DNA of 64,000 nt from positions 441,564,001-441,628,000 of the forward strand of contig OZ024740.1 of assembly GCA_964016885.1 (NCBI GenBank), given 5' to 3'. The notes below the pieces were generated by a model that was not told where the DNA came from, ran no database searches, and worked only from the letters and a program-made list of their open reading frames with translations. A program made the position numbers and the translations under genes. Numbering within the stretch: position 1 is the first letter of the stretch; each line of letters starts with the position of its first letter. Shown in pieces: positions 1-13,010 of the stretch. Source of the DNA: Eledone cirrhosa. Lineage: Eukaryota.

Positions 1-1871
1 AAAACACAAAATCACTGGCTCTACTGTTGGCCCTCTAATTGATGAAAATGGCACTCTTCAAGACAATGCTAAAACCATGGGTGAGATACTGCAGAAACAA
101 TACTGCTCTGTTTTCAGCAATCCTGATATGGCCGATCTGGGCTGTATCGGCGATGTTACTCCCCATTACACCTTATCGGACATAACGTTTGGCGCCCCTG
201 ATGTCTTAGCGGCAATAAAGGAAATCAAGCATAATTCAGCAGTAGGTCCCGATAGGTTCCCTGCTTGTGTCTTGAAGGCGTGTCAACACCAACTTGCATC
301 TCCTCTTGCCAATCTGTGGCGGAACTCACTGGATGCTGGATATGTGCCAGAAAACCTTCTATCCCAGTCTGTTGTCCCAGTTTTCAAAAAGGGAAACAAA
401 TCCCTTGCCGTGAATTACCGTCCAATCTCACTCACCTCTCATATCCTTAAGGTATTTGAGAGAGTGGTGAGATCGCGAATGACCCACTTCCTTGAGAGTA
501 ACAATATGCTGAACTCCAACCAGCATGGATTCCGTAATGGAAGGGATTGCCTGACGCAGCTACTGCATCACTTTGAAGACATTTTGAGAGCCTTGGGAGA
601 GGGTTCCAATACTGATGTTATCTACCTTGATTTCAGTAAGGCCTTTGACAGGGTTGATCATAACATTCTACTGAGAAAGCTGTCCAATATTGGTGTCACT
701 GGAAAGCTGCTGCAGTGGATCAAGAGCTTCCTGTCAAATAGAACCCAACATGTTGTAGTTGAGGGAGTCAAATCCAGCCCAGCCAAAGTCAGTAGTGGGG
801 TCCCACAAGGAACTGTGTTGGGCCCACTTCTCTTCATCATCTATATTAATGACATCACTGACATCATCAAACACAGCAACATTAAAATTTTCGCTGATGA
901 TTCCAAGCTCCAAAAGGTCATCAATGGCGTGGATGACCGGATAAGCCTTCAGTCAGACCTACTGGCTGTTACCCAATGGGCGGAAAAGAATAACATGTTA
1001 CTGAACGAAGACAAATTCGAACTGATCCACTTTGGAAAAGAGGATGCTCTGAAACTCCCGTACTCCCTTCCCTCCGGGGAAACTCTCGTGGCATCTAACA
1101 ACATCAGAGACTTGGGAGTAACCGTGGACAGCAACATAAGCTGGGCCACGCATATAAGCAGCAAAGTTGACATGGCCCGCAGAATGTGTTCCTGGATCCT
1201 CAGAACCTTCCAGTCGAGAGATTCCCACACCATTATCCTTCTCTTCTCTACTTTTGCCCGACCACACCTTGAATACTGTTGTCCACTGTGGTCTCCCCAC
1301 ACGAAACAAAGTATCATGAAACTTGAAGCTCCTCAAAAGGCAATCACGAAAAAGATAGATGGCATGTCAGACCTTGACTACTGGGGTCGACTAGAAAACC
1401 TGAAACTTTACTCACTCCAACGTCGCCGTGAGCGTTATATTATCTGCATGATGTGGAAAATGTTCCATCATCACTGCCCAAATGATGTTGGCATCGCCTT
1501 CAAGATACACCCAAGGCTTGGGCCCCGTGCTATCCGTCCCATTCAAAAATCTAAATCGCAACTCATAACAACAATACGGCACAATTATTTCACCTCAATC
1601 GGCCCTGCTCTCTTCAACATCACACCAGGACACGTCAAAACAGAAACTGACCACACAAACTTCAAGAAGTCTTTGGACAAATTCCTCCAAGTAATCCCGG
1701 ACAAACCACCCACACCCGGATATGTCTCCGCAAACAGTAATTCTCTTCTCGAATGGGCCATGGTGCCCAAATCCTGAATTGAAAGACTTCGCCAGGTGGT
1801 GCTATTAAGTTAGACATGGCCTGGGCCAATACTGGCCAAAACATTTCAAAGTTATTCAAAGTTATTCAAAG

Positions 1872-1872
<1 letters not shown>
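1..1872 (+). mobile_element. CR1/L2-group LINE, 3' part with open RT ORF (77-1777) and (TTATTCAAAG)n tail
   Basis: RT motifs NYRPISLTS, QHGFR, DFSKAFDRVDH, SGVPQGTVLGPLLF, FADD, RPHLEYC, LYSLQRRRER. A short tandem tail at 1843-1872 runs into (TA)n. The element continues beyond the left edge. Confidence 0.9.
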
Positions 1873-1957
<85 letters not shown>

Positions 1958-1961
<4 letters not shown>

Positions 1962-2085
1962 CTGAAGATAGCATATATATGTGTAGGTATGTATATTCCC
2001 TCTGATAGTTTGTAAATTTTTTATAGATCTATATGATATACATAACAACACACACATATATATATCCTAGAAACGATCGTAAAAT
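1958..2085 (+). ncRNA. Putative type I hammerhead ribozyme with long stem II
   Basis: ATTT-CTGAAGA-TAG...(~95 nt, partly self-complementary)...CTA-GAAAC-GATC-GTA-AAAT. The same element occurs inverted at 59407-59590. Confidence 0.6.
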
Positions 2086-2254
2086 GATGAATTTTTTAAT
2101 ATAAGGAACTGTTTCTTTGTTTTTATTCATTGTTTTTATTAATTTATATATATATATATATAAAAACAAGATGCTTAAGTCAACAGGTTTTAATTAATAT
2201 ATACTCACATTTTACCTTTACCATTACATATCAATTCGGAGAATCTCTGTGTAG

Positions 2255-2520
2255 TAAATGTAAAAATACGGCCGTCACTTGCAGCCGAGTATGACTTGGT
2301 AGTATGTACAATGGTTTCGCTGGGGTTCGACTTGTTTGGACAGTCACAAACAGACTCCTTCCCAACCATCTTGACTCTGATTCAAAGGAACAACCATGTG
2401 ACAACAGGAAGATGAGAGGGCAGCACCAGTAATGGGCTGGTATGTTTTTTATTGCTCCCAGGAGGATGAAAGGCAAAGCGGGCCTTGGCAGGATTTGAAT
2501 TCAGAACACAGAGACCAGCA
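2255..2520 (-). mobile_element. tRNA-derived SINE remnant
   Basis: Shares the core (ggatgaaaggcaaag...ggatttgaa.tcaga) with other copies in the window. Confidence 0.55.
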
Positions 2521-3297
2521 ACAATTATCCAGGGATAACTTAGAAAAGTAGGTTTTAGAAAATATCTTGATTCACAAAGAGAAAATCAGGAACTTATGTT
2601 TTATTCCTCAGATTGTTTCCATTGAAGTCAATCTGTCCGTGTTAAACCTCGCTATATTCACTTTACTATTTGTTCTCTCCATTTTGTTTTCTTTCGAATG
2701 AAATCTAGTAAGTAGGAAGTTGTCGAGGTTCTGTTGGTTAATCCAGCTCTTTTCATTCTCAGTTTAAATTCCGTTGAAGCCTACTTGGGTAATAGACTTG
2801 CCACCAAGTTTAACAACTCTACCTGGCCCTTGTATGTCTTTAATGGGGTCCACTCTGTTGAAAGCATTCAGGGGCCCAGATGTTTGAGTTGAGGATGCCT
2901 GTCTTCTTTTACCTCACAAGTCTTGGGTTTCCTGAAAAGGTCCTTCAGTTCTGTCTTTCCCTAAACAGTGAAAAAGAAGATTAAGGATCATTAAGGATCA
3001 TTTCTTGTGATCTTTTTAAATCTTCTATGATTACTTATTTCAGATCATAAATATTACCGACTACACACCAAGACAAATATTAACAATATTAAACTTGATA
3101 TTTGAAGTAACATCCTTTTATTAAATTAAAGTTACTTGCGTTAAATTTTGGTCAATTCATTTCATTGATGTCTTCCATGTTGTGTATATAATTGAATATT
3201 ATTATATATTGTGTAAATGATTGATTTTGCCATTAAAAATACGAAGCCTTGGCAATTCTTTGGTGAATAATAAAATGAATAATCTTCACGGAATCTG

Positions 3298-6200
3298 CTG
3301 AGAGCCAGTCAGCCTGGATGTCACATAGTGTTCTCTGGGCTACTGAGAGCCAGTCAGTCTGGATGACACATAGTGTTCTCTGGGATACTGAGAGCCAGTC
3401 AGTCTGGATGACACATAGTGTTCTCTGGGATACTGAGAGCCAGTCAACCTGGAGGACACATAGTGTTCTCTGGGTTACTGAGAGCCAGTCAGCCTGGATG
3501 TCACATAGTGTTCTCTGGGCTACTGAGAGCCAGTCAGTCTGGAGGACACATAGTGTTCTCTGGGTTACTGAGAGCCAGTCAACCTGGATGACACATAGTG
3601 TTCTCTGGGATACTGAGAGCCAGTCAGCCTGGAGGACACATAGTGTTCTCTGGGTTACTGAGAGCCAGTCAGCCTGGAGGACACATAGTGTTCTCTGGGT
3701 TACTGAGAGCCAGTCAGCCTGGAGGACACATAGTGTTCTCTGGGTTACTGAGAGCCAGTCAGTCTGGAGGACACATAGTGTTCTCTGGGATACTGAGAGC
3801 CAGTCAACCTGGAGGACACATAGTGTTCTCTGGGCTACTGAGAGCCAGTCAGTCTGGAGGACACATAGTGTTCTCTGGGTTACTGAGAGCCAGTCAGTCT
3901 GGAGGACACATAGTGTTCTCTGGGATACTGAGAGCCAGTCAACCTGGAGGACACATAGTGTTCTCTGGGTTACTGAGAGCCAGTCAGTCTGGAGGACACA
4001 TAGTGTTCTCTGGGATACTGAGAGCCAGTCAACCTGGAGGACACATAGTGTTCTCTGGGTTACTGAGAGCCAGTCAGTCTGGAGGACACATAGTGTTCTC
4101 TGGGTTACTGAGAGCCAGTCAGTCTGGAGGACACATAGTGTTCTCTGGGCTACTGAGTGCCAGTCAACCTGGAGGACACATAGTGTTCTCTGGGTTACTG
4201 AGAGCCAGTCAGCCTGGAGGACACATAGTGTTCTCTGGGTTACTGAGAGCCAGTCAGCCTGGAGGACACATAGTGTTCTCTGGGCTACTGAGTGCCAGTC
4301 AACCTGGAGGACACATAGTGTTCTCTGGGTTACTGAGAGCCAGTCAGCCTGGAGGACACATAGTGCTCTCTGGGTTACTGAGAGCCAGTCAGCCTGGAGG
4401 ACACATAGTGTTCTCTGGGTTACTGAGAGCCAGTCATCCTGGAGGACACATAGTGTTCTCTGGGTTACTGAGAGCCAGTCAGTCTGGAGGACACATAGTG
4501 TTCTCTGGGTTACTGAGAGCCAGTCAACCTGGAGGACACAGTGTTCTCTGGGATACTGAGTGCCAGTCAACCTGGAGGACACATAGTGTTCTCTGGGTTA
4601 CTGAGAGCCAGTCAACCTGGAGGACACATAGTGTTCTCTGGGTTACTGAGAGCCAGTCAACCTGGAGGACACATAGTGCTCTCTGGGTTACTGAGAGCCA
4701 GTCAGTCTGGAGGACACATAGTGCTCTCTGGGTTACTGAGAGCCAGTCAACCTGGAGGACACATAGTGTTCTCTGGGTTACTGAGAGCCAGTCAGTCTGG
4801 AGGACACATAGTGTTCTCTGGGCTACTGAGAGCCAGTCAACCTGGAGGACAAATAGTGTTCTCTGGGTTACTGAGAGCCAGTCAACCTGGAGGACACATA
4901 GTGTTCTCTGGGCTACTGAGAGCCAGTCAACCTGGAGGACAAATAGTGTTCTCTGGGTTACTGAGAGCCAGTCAACCTGGAGGACACATAGTGCTCTCTG
5001 GGTTACTGAGTGCCAGTCAACCTGGAGGACACATAGTGTTCTCTGGGTTACTGAGAGCCAGTCAACCTGGAGGACAAATAGTGTTCTCTGGGTTACTGAG
5101 AGCCAGTCAACCTGGAGGACAAATAGTGTTCTCTGGGTTACTGAGAGCCAGTCAACCTGGAGGACACATAGTGCTCTCTGGGCTACTGAGAGCCAGTCAA
5201 CCTGGAGGACACATAGTGTTCTCTGGGTTACTGAGAGCCAGTCAACTTGGAGGACAAATAGTGTTCTCTGGGTTACTGAGAGCCAGTCAACCTGGAGGAC
5301 ACATAGTGTTCTCTGGGATACTGAGAGCCAGTCAACCTGGAGGACAAATAGTGTTCTCTGGGTTACTGAGAGCCAGTCAACCTGGAGGACAAATAGTGTT
5401 CTCTGGGTTACTGAGAGCCAGTCAACCTGGAGGACACATAGTGCTCTCTGGGCTACTGAGAGCCAGTCAACCTGGAGGACACATAGTGTTCTCTGGGTTA
5501 CTGAGAGCCAGTCAACCTGGAGGACAAATAGTGTTCTCTGGGTTACTGAGAGCCAGTCAACCTGGAGGACACATAGTGTTCTCTGGGATACTGAGAGCCA
5601 GTCAGTCTGGAGGACACATAGTGTTCTCTGGGTTACTGAGAGCCAGTCAACCTGGAGGACACATAGTGTTCTCTGGGTTACTGAGAGCCAGTCAACCTGG
5701 AGGACACATAGTGTTCTCTGGGTTACTGAGAGCCAGTCAACCTGGAGGACACATAGTGCTCTCTGGGTTACTGAGAGCCAGTCAACCTGGAGGACACATA
5801 GTGCTCTCTGGGTTACTGAGAGCCAGTCAACCTGGAGGACACATAGTGTTCTCTGGGTTACTGAGAGCCAGTCAACCTGGAGGACACATAGTGTTCTCTG
5901 GGTTACTGAGAGCCAGTCAACCTGGAGGACACATAGTGTTCTCTGGGTTACTGAGAGCCAGTCAACCTGGAGGACACATAGTGTTCTCTGGGCTACTGAG
6001 AGCCAGTCTACCTGGAGGACACATAGTGTTCTCTGGGTTACTGAGAGCCAGTCAACCTGGAGGACACATAGTGTTCTCTGGGTTACTGAGAGCCAGTCTA
6101 CCTGGAGGACACATAGTGTTCTCTGGGTTACTGAGTGCCAGTCAACCTGGAGGACACATAGTGTTCTCTGGGATACTGAGAGCCAGTCAACCTGGAGGAC

Positions 6201-8278
6201 ACATAGTGTTCTCTGGGTTACTGAGAGCCAGTCAACCTGGAGGACACATAGTGTTCTCTGGGATACTGAGAGCCAGTCAACCTGGAGGACACATAGTGCT
6301 CTCTGGGTTACTGAGAGCCAGTCAGTCTGGAGGACACATAGTGTTCTCTGGGTTACTGAGAGCCAGTCAACCTGGAGGACACATAGTGTTCTCTGGGTTA
6401 CTGAGAGCCAGTCTACCTGGAGGACACATAGTGTTCTCTGGGTTACTGAGTGCCAGTCAACCTGGAGGACACATAGTGTTCTCTGGGATACTGAGAGCCA
6501 GTCAACCTGGAGGACACATAGTGTTCTCTGGGTTACTGAGAGCCAGTCAACCTGGAGGACACATAGTGTTCTCTGGGATACTGAGAGCCAGTCAACCTGG
6601 AGGACACATAGTGCTCTCTGGGTTACTGAGAGCCAGTCAGTCTGGAGGACACATAGTGTTCTCTGGGCTACTGAGAGCCAGTCAACCTGGAGGACACATA
6701 GTGCTCTCTGGGTTACTGAGAGCCAGTCAGTCTGGAGGACACATAGTGTTCTCTGAGCTACTGAGAGCCAGTCAACCTGGATGACACATAGTGTTCTCTG
6801 GGATACTGAGAGCCAGTCAACCTGGAGGACACATAGTGTTCTCTGGGATACTGAGAGCCAGTCAACCTGGAGGACACATAGTGTTCTCTGGGATACTGAG
6901 AGCCAGTCAACCTGGAGGACACATAGTGTTCTCTGGGATACTGAGAGCCAGTCAACCTGGAGGAGACATAGTGTTCTCTGGGTTACTGAGAGCCAGTCAA
7001 CCTGGATGACACATAGTGTTCTCTGAGCTACTGAGAGCCAGTCAACCTGGAGGACACATAGTGCTCTCTGGGTTACTGAGAGCCAGTCAACCTGGAGGAC
7101 ACATAGTGTTCTCTGGGCTACTGAGAGCCAGTCAGTCTGGATGACACATAGTGTTCTCTGGGCTACTGAGTGCCAGTCAGTCTGGAGGACACATAGTGTT
7201 CTCTGAGCTACTGAGAGCCAGTCAACCTGGATGACACATAGTGTTCTCTGGGATACTGAGAGCCAGTCAACCTGGAGGACACATAGTGTTCTCTGGGTTA
7301 CTGAGAGCCAGTCAACCTGGAGGACACATAGTGCTCTCTGGGTTACTGAGAGCCAGTCAACCTGGAGGACACATAGTGTTCTCTGGGCTACTGAGAGCCA
7401 GTCAACCTGGAGGACACATAGTGTTCTCTGGGTTACTGAGAGCCAGTCAACCTGGAGGACACATAGTGCTCTCTGGGTTACTGAGAGCCAGTCAACCTGG
7501 AGGACACTTAGTGTTCTCTGGGTTACTGAGAGCCAGTCAGTCTGGAGGACACATAGTGTTCTCTGGGTTACTGAGAGCCAGTCAACCTGGAGGACACATA
7601 GTGTTCTCTGGGATACTGAGAGCCAGTCAGTCTGGAGGACACATAGTGTTCTCTGGGATACTGAGTGCCAGTCAACCTGGAGGACACAGTGTTCTCTGGG
7701 CTACTGAGAGCCAGTCAACCTGGAGGACACATAGTGCTCTCTGAGTTACTGAGAGCCAGTCAACCTGGAGGACACATAATGTTCTCTGGGCTACTGAGAG
7801 CCAGTCAGTCTGGAGGACACATAGTGTTCTCTGGGTTACTGAGAGCCAGTCAACCTGGAGGACACATAATGTTCTCTGGGTTACTGAGAGCCAGTCAACC
7901 TGGAGGACACATAGTGTTCTCTGGGTTACTGAGTGCCAGTCAACCTGGAGGACACATAATGTTCTCTGGGTTACTGAGTGCCAGTCAACCTGGAGGACAC
8001 ATAATGTTCTCTGGGTTACTGAGTGCCAGTCAACCTGGAGGACACATAATGTTCTCTGGGTTACTGAGAGCCAGTCAACCTGGAGGACACATAGTGTTCT
8101 CTGGGTTACTGAGTGCCAGTCAACCTGGAGGACACATAATGTTCTCTGGGTTACTGAGAGCCAGTCAACCTGGAGGACACATAGTGTTCTCTGGGATACT
8201 GAGAGCCAGTCAACCTGGAGGACACATAGTGTTCTCTGGGCTACTGAGAGCTAGTCAGCCTGGAGGACACATAGTGTT
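3298..8278. repeat. 45-bp minisatellite, ~110 copies
   Basis: Unit CTGAGAGCCAGTCAACCTGGAGGACACATAGTGTTCTCTGGGTTA, with 2-bp deletions near 4540 and 7688. Confidence 0.97.
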
Positions 8279-8313
8279 ACTTTTATTTATTTAATTATTT
8301 TGTACAAATAGTT

Positions 8314-8363
<50 letters not shown>

Positions 8364-8676
8364 ATATATATATATATATATCAAATATATATATATATAT
8401 ATCAAAAACTTGCATATTGTGCAATGGAGGATATTGTATAATATCGTTCGATACGGTCCAGCTTTGTTATTTGACCTGATTGTATTTTCGTTGGTGTGGG
8501 GCTTCTGTGGCTTTGTCCCCTAAACCACAGTTTTCAATTTATCATGCTATTTAACGTATGTTAATATATAACCTATCGATTTATCGATACATTCTTATTG
8601 AGTGCTTCGAACAAACTCTGAACTGATTTTTCGCGGATGTTGGCCGACAACTTTGATTTTACTAACCTTCCACTCG

Positions 8677-8732
<56 letters not shown>

Positions 8733-9288
8733 TCGGACTGACATGCATACACTAATATTCAGAGATAGCCGATGCATCGTACCCGCCCCACTGCATTTTA
8801 GCCTTACTTTGCAACTGGAAGCCAGTTTCCTTGAAAACCTCTCGAAATCTCACGATATCACTTTTAGTAGAAGAAACTCAAAATATATCTCTACCGTCAG
8901 TACACATATTATAGCGAACATTTATTTAAGAGATAATCGAAATACGATGGCTAAGGTAAATAATCCTAGTTTTATTATAAAGGAAATACTGAAACATTTA
9001 TCACCCCCGCCATATCCTCTCCGTATCACATTGCATAACTTAATAAATCCTCCATTTTAAATTTTGCTCGGGTCTCCCTATCATCCTTCCGGGGTTGACA
9101 AAATAAACTCCCAGTTTTTGAAACTCATATTCTAAACATTCAACTTTGAAACATTTATCATCTTTCCTGCTTTATGGATTTCATTAAATATCAATATAAT
9201 ATCCTTCCGGCTAGGTTTATTCAATCATTTGTCAGACACTATTTTTAATATCATTTATTTTCATATTTTCCCCTACAAACAACTAATG

Positions 9289-9352
<64 letters not shown>

Positions 9353-9360
9353 ATATTTAA

Positions 9361-9650
9361 TTTTATAAGTATAAAGAAAGTGTCCAAGCACAGAAATGGT
9401 ATAAAGATTCCTTATAAAATAGGGTGAACAACCTTAAAAGACGGGGAAAGGATTTGCCAACTACCGCTGTGAGGAATTGAACCCCGTATCTTCCAGCTAG
9501 TGGCTAGATGATATCTGGAAGATACGGGGTTCAATTCCTCACAGCGGTAGTTGGCAAATTCTTTCCCCGTCTTTTAAGTTTGTTCACCCTATTTTATAAG
9601 GAATCTTTATACCATTTCTGTGCTTGGACACTTTCTTTATACTTATAAAG
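9361..9650. repeat. Near-perfect fold-back inverted repeat (~136-bp arms)
   Basis: 9361-9496 is the reverse complement of 9515-9650. Contains a B-box-like GGTTCAATTCC. Flanked by (TG)n/(TA)n. Confidence 0.9.
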
Positions 9651-9678
9651 TTACATATATTCTCATCGCTTCAAAAGT

Positions 9679-9731
<53 letters not shown>

Positions 9732-9736
<5 letters not shown>

Positions 9737-9854
9737 GGAAAAAAATGAAACGAAATTTCATTTCTCACTCTCAGTACGGCTGTTACTTAAATATAAGTAT
9801 GTATACGTACATAAATGTTCGGTGAATGCATACCTACATATATGTGTGTGCATG

Positions 9855-9886
<32 letters not shown>

Positions 9887-9993
9887 CTACTGTACGTCTG
9901 TATACATATATTTATGTACGTATACATACTTATATTTAAGTAACAGCCGTACTGAGAGTGAGAAATGAAATTTCGTTTCATTTTTTCCGTTTA
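9732..9993. repeat. Inverted repeat (~85-bp arms) around a TA-rich spacer
   Basis: TAAACGGAAAAAAATGAAACGAAATTTC... matches the reverse complement at 9910-9993. Confidence 0.85.
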
Positions 9994-10468
9994 TCGTTTT
10001 CGGTGCACCCGGCCGATTAACTCACTCGATATGCAAATTAGGCTGCTCAGCCGTTAATATGTGTGCATATGAGTGCATGTATGTATATATATATACATAC
10101 TACTGTACATCTGTATACATATATGTATGTACGTATATATATTTATATATATATATATATATAGTGGTAATAACTTGGTAGATATATCCAAGGTATGGAT
10201 CAACTCAAGTCTGTAGAGTGAGTTTATATAAAAGTCGAAACGGCCGGAGTTCAGCTGTTGGGGTCCTGACTCTTTTCATTGGCCAATCTCAAATCATTTC
10301 TCCGCCAGCTCCATTCTACTCTCAATCGCTTCCTCCAACCTCTCCCTCCTATATACATCCCATCCCCGTTGCATCTTTCCAACCTCATCTTCACCAAATT
10401 TTCATCTAAGGACATTTTTTTCAATTCCAACCCGCTCGTCCCCTCAATCTATCTTATTTCTCGTTCTT

Positions 10469-10504
10469 TCTTCTGATGAAGGACTAGCGTCCGAAACGTT
10501 AAGA
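10469..10504 (+). ncRNA. Minimal hammerhead ribozyme motif
   Basis: TCTT-CTGATGA-A-GGAC-TAGC-GTCC-GAAAC-GTT-AAGA: core boxes, 4-bp stem II, palindromic AACGTT stem III, TCTT/AAGA stem I. Confidence 0.7.
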
Positions 10505-10685
10505 CCCTCTTCCTGATATATCAAGCGTTAACCTAATATATCCCTTCCATTGTGTTATTTCTGTATAACTTTTACATACATACATGCATACATACATACA
10601 TACATACATACATACATACATACATACATACATACATACATACATACATACATACATACATACATACATACATACATACATACAT

Positions 10686-10850
10686 AATTCATAGTCTGCA
10701 AATGGCTGCGATAGCTGGCACCTTCAAAATTTGCAAAACATTTTTGCGATTCAAGGGATGACAATTTCTTTTCTTTTACAACCTTGCCACCAGGAGGGTG
10801 GCCGGTCAAAAAAATATACTCGAAATTAAGAGAAAGAGAAAACACATACA
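10686..10850 (+). mobile_element. 5'-truncated 3' end of the R4/Dong-like element
   Basis: Near-identical to 20768-20925 (IHSLQMAAI...KTFLRFKG* plus 3'UTR). Directly follows (TACA)n. Confidence 0.85.
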
Positions 10851-10904
<54 letters not shown>

Positions 10905-10913
<9 letters not shown>

Positions 10914-11956
10914 TAAAATAACAGATTAAAGTTTAAGCAAAGAATCGCTGCTTTCACCCTTAACGGGATCTTCTGAAACTAACAAAGTCAATCTGTAAAC
11001 GCAGAAGTGGATATTTCAAAAAACGTTGCAACCGGAGAAAGACAGGAAGACGATACTTTGGTTCGTGGAAACGTTCCCTGGCAAAGAACGGGAAAAAACG
11101 AATATAATACGTCATTAATAGGAGCGGTGAAAAACAATTACGCGCAAAGACAAAACCACGTTTATGGTATAAAAGAAGTCGCAGACTAATGTTCTCTTAG
11201 GTGGTTCATAGAGACGTTCTCTGGCAATGAACGGAAAAAACGAAGATATTACGTCATATGTGGAGCGTGGAGAATTGCTCGCAAAGACAAAACCACGTAA
11301 ATGGTATAGCAGAAGTCGTAGACTAAAATTCCAAGATGAGTGCCAAGACCACCCAATATAAGTTACACTGGGAGATCCTAGCTAGGGCTAGATCGTATAA
11401 CGGAAATAAAAGACCATGTGACCTCTGCGCCGCTGAAGCCCTGGAAATACTCTACGCCACAGGCCACATCTTAAACAAAAAATCTGAGGCAATTTCGGCT
11501 TGTAAACATAAATTGCACAAAGCTTTCCTGTATTACAGCCCCACGTTATACCTAACGGATAGTACGATCTATACGTGGATATTTTACGTCTTGATGTGGT
11601 AGCTAAGTATATGTTATGTTTATACCATTACTTATTTGCATAGGTAAGTATATATTACCTGTATGTTTTGTGAAGGTACGTTTACTTTCTCGTACGTATA
11701 TTTGATTGTATATGTTATGGCGTATATTTTTATATATTCTGGTACATATGCTTTTGGTTATGTGTTTACGGGATTTTGCGTCTGTGTGAGTATGCGGGTT
11801 CGTACGTATGTTGGGTGTGTGTATATGTGTACTTCGTGTTTTGGTTGACGTACGTCTCCGAACATTTGTGTATTTACATGTAGGTATGTGTGTGCGCTTG
11901 TTATATACGTATTTATTTATTTATATACGTTTATTTAATTACTTATTTATGTGTAT

Positions 11957-12015
<59 letters not shown>

Positions 12016-12612
12016 TTTATATGTGCGTGGTTTGTATACCTATGGCGATTGTTTTCGCGTATGCCTGTGTATGTACGTAATTGGATGGGTGTATGTATTT
12101 ATTTAATATCAATTACTTCTGTATTGTATTTTATTTACTTTATTCTTAACTCTGAAGCAGAGAATCCTTCGGTCTCCTAGTTAGAATTTAGTCTACGACT
12201 TCTGCTATACCATTTACGTGGTTTTGTCTTTGCATGCAATTGTTCTCGACGCTCCACATATTACGTATTATCTTCGTTTTCTCCGTTCATTGCCAGAGAA
12301 CGTCTCTATGAACCACCTAAGAGAACATTAGTCTACGACTTCTTTTATACCGTAAACGTGGTTCTGTCTTTGCGTGTAATTGTTTTTCACCGCTCCTATT
12401 AATGACGTATTATATTCGTTTTTTCCCGTTCTTTGCCAGGGAACGTTTCCACGAACCAAAGTATCGTCTTCCTGTCTTTCTCCGGTTGCAACGTTTTTTG
12501 AAATATCCACTTCTGCGTTTACAGATTGACTTTGTTAGTTTCAGAAGATCCCGTTAAGGGTGAAAGCGGCGATTCTTTGCTTAATCTGTAATCTGTTATT
12601 TTAATAAATATA
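10905..12612 (+). mobile_element. Truncated Penelope-like element: GIY-YIG C-terminal remnant between ~420-bp inverted pLTR copies
   Basis: 10905-11326 is the reverse complement of 12187-12612. 11336-11520 encodes YKLHWEILARARSY...CDLCAAE...LNKKSEAISACKHK, similar to the end of the 58633 ORF. Flanked by (TA)n. Confidence 0.75.
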
Positions 12613-12737
12613 TATACATATATATATATATATGCCTGGTCTTCCACAAACAACCTTGCCCGGACTTGTGCGTCGGAGGGAAACTTTCTATGACCATAGG
12701 ATTTGCACCTATATATATATATATGGCTTTTACGGGG

Positions 12738-12772
12738 CTAGAACTGTTTCATTCGTATGAAATCGTCAGAAA
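12738..12772 (-). ncRNA. Minimal hammerhead ribozyme motif
   Basis: Minus strand: CTGACGA-T-TTC-ATAC-GAA-T-GAAAC-AGTTCTAG. A related truncated copy lies at 41040-41110. Confidence 0.5.
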
Positions 12773-13010
12773 TGTAGTAGTCATTTTTATATAAAATAAA
12801 TATATATATTCTCTACTAACGCATTGAGTGATTTGATTTATTTAACTATGATTTCTTTCCGATCGCCTTCGGTAAACTATATTACTTGACATCATCTATT
12901 GGAGAGAAAGGAAGAAATTGACGAAGATTTGGTAGAGAACTTGGTAGAGAACTTGGTTTCAAAACCACAAACAATATAATTTCTGGAAGTCTGTTTGGAA
13001 CGAAGTTTCC

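Noticed and set aside
3440-3460. Array monomer resembles the TEP exon acceptor at 46503-46519 (CTCCAGGTTRACTG)
   Set aside because: Only ~17 bp, and the continuation beyond the array hits a stop with no TEP similarity; probably chance.
3233-8294. Long ORFs (up to 1052 aa) over the first 45-bp array
   Set aside because: Open in several frames on both strands because the unit is 3n and stop-poor; frames are broken by 2-bp deletions; no unique domains.
10499-12180. YVCM, HT and IY repeat ORFs here and elsewhere in the window
   Set aside because: Translations of (TACA)n, (CA)n and (TA)n microsatellites.
11007-12510. Duplicated 60-aa ORFs MDISKNVATG...
   Set aside because: Incidental frames within the inverted pLTR copies.
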